Of a stretch of 64,000 bases of DNA, positions 63,909 through 64,000 are shown piece after piece. The notes below the pieces were generated by a model, which ran no database searches, was not told the origin of the DNA, and worked only from the letters and a program-made list of their open reading frames with translations. Both the position numbers and the translations under genes were made by a program. Each line of letters opens with the position of its first letter. Positions within the stretch are counted from its first letter, which is position 1. The DNA comes from Callorhinchus milii (taxonomy: Eukaryota). The DNA lies in NCBI RefSeq assembly GCF_018977255.1, contig NW_024704743.1:48424001-48488000 (forward strand). The letters are read 5' to 3'.

Positions 63909-64000
63909 AATGAAAAGACCACTAGGGAGCAAAAATGCAAAGTTTCACAACTGATTCAATGTGCTACCGATACAGTTATGAAAGATTACATTTTTACCCC

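Noticed and set aside
1..64000. Known microRNA, snRNA, rRNA or endogenous viral genes
   Set aside because: None recognised by eye on either strand. An Rfam, miRBase or BLASTX scan would be needed to exclude them formally.

Overview
AT-rich, gene-poor vertebrate genomic DNA, most likely from a cartilaginous fish and probably a chimaera. This is inferred from the repeat complement: tRNA-headed Deu-domain SINEs, CR1 and L2 LINEs, and Penelope-type fragments. I can find no intact, recognisable host protein-coding gene. The only ORFs with clear protein identity are broken reverse-transcriptase pieces of CR1 (16.3-17.6 kb) and L2 (53.1-53.8 kb). The first ~2.4 kb looks like the end of a + strand 3' UTR. 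The rest looks intergenic or intronic: decayed retroelements interleaved with unique blocks rich in homeodomain motifs that may be conserved enhancers. The most notable observations are: (i) two tandem Penelope-type terminal repeats carrying minimal hammerhead-ribozyme motifs, one with an intact catalytic core (32.4-32.9 kb, minus strand); (ii) rearrangement or insertion footprints in which nearby DNA was copied (24.4-25.0 kb, 41.0-41.6 kb); (iii) a 200-bp hairpin element and several near-perfect palindromes; (iv) one conserved LINE/SINE 3'-tail stem-loop with different loops in different families; (v) a candidate orphan terminal exon at 56.8-57.0 kb. Family names come from my recall of consensus sequences, not from a database search. 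Repeat boundaries are approximate.
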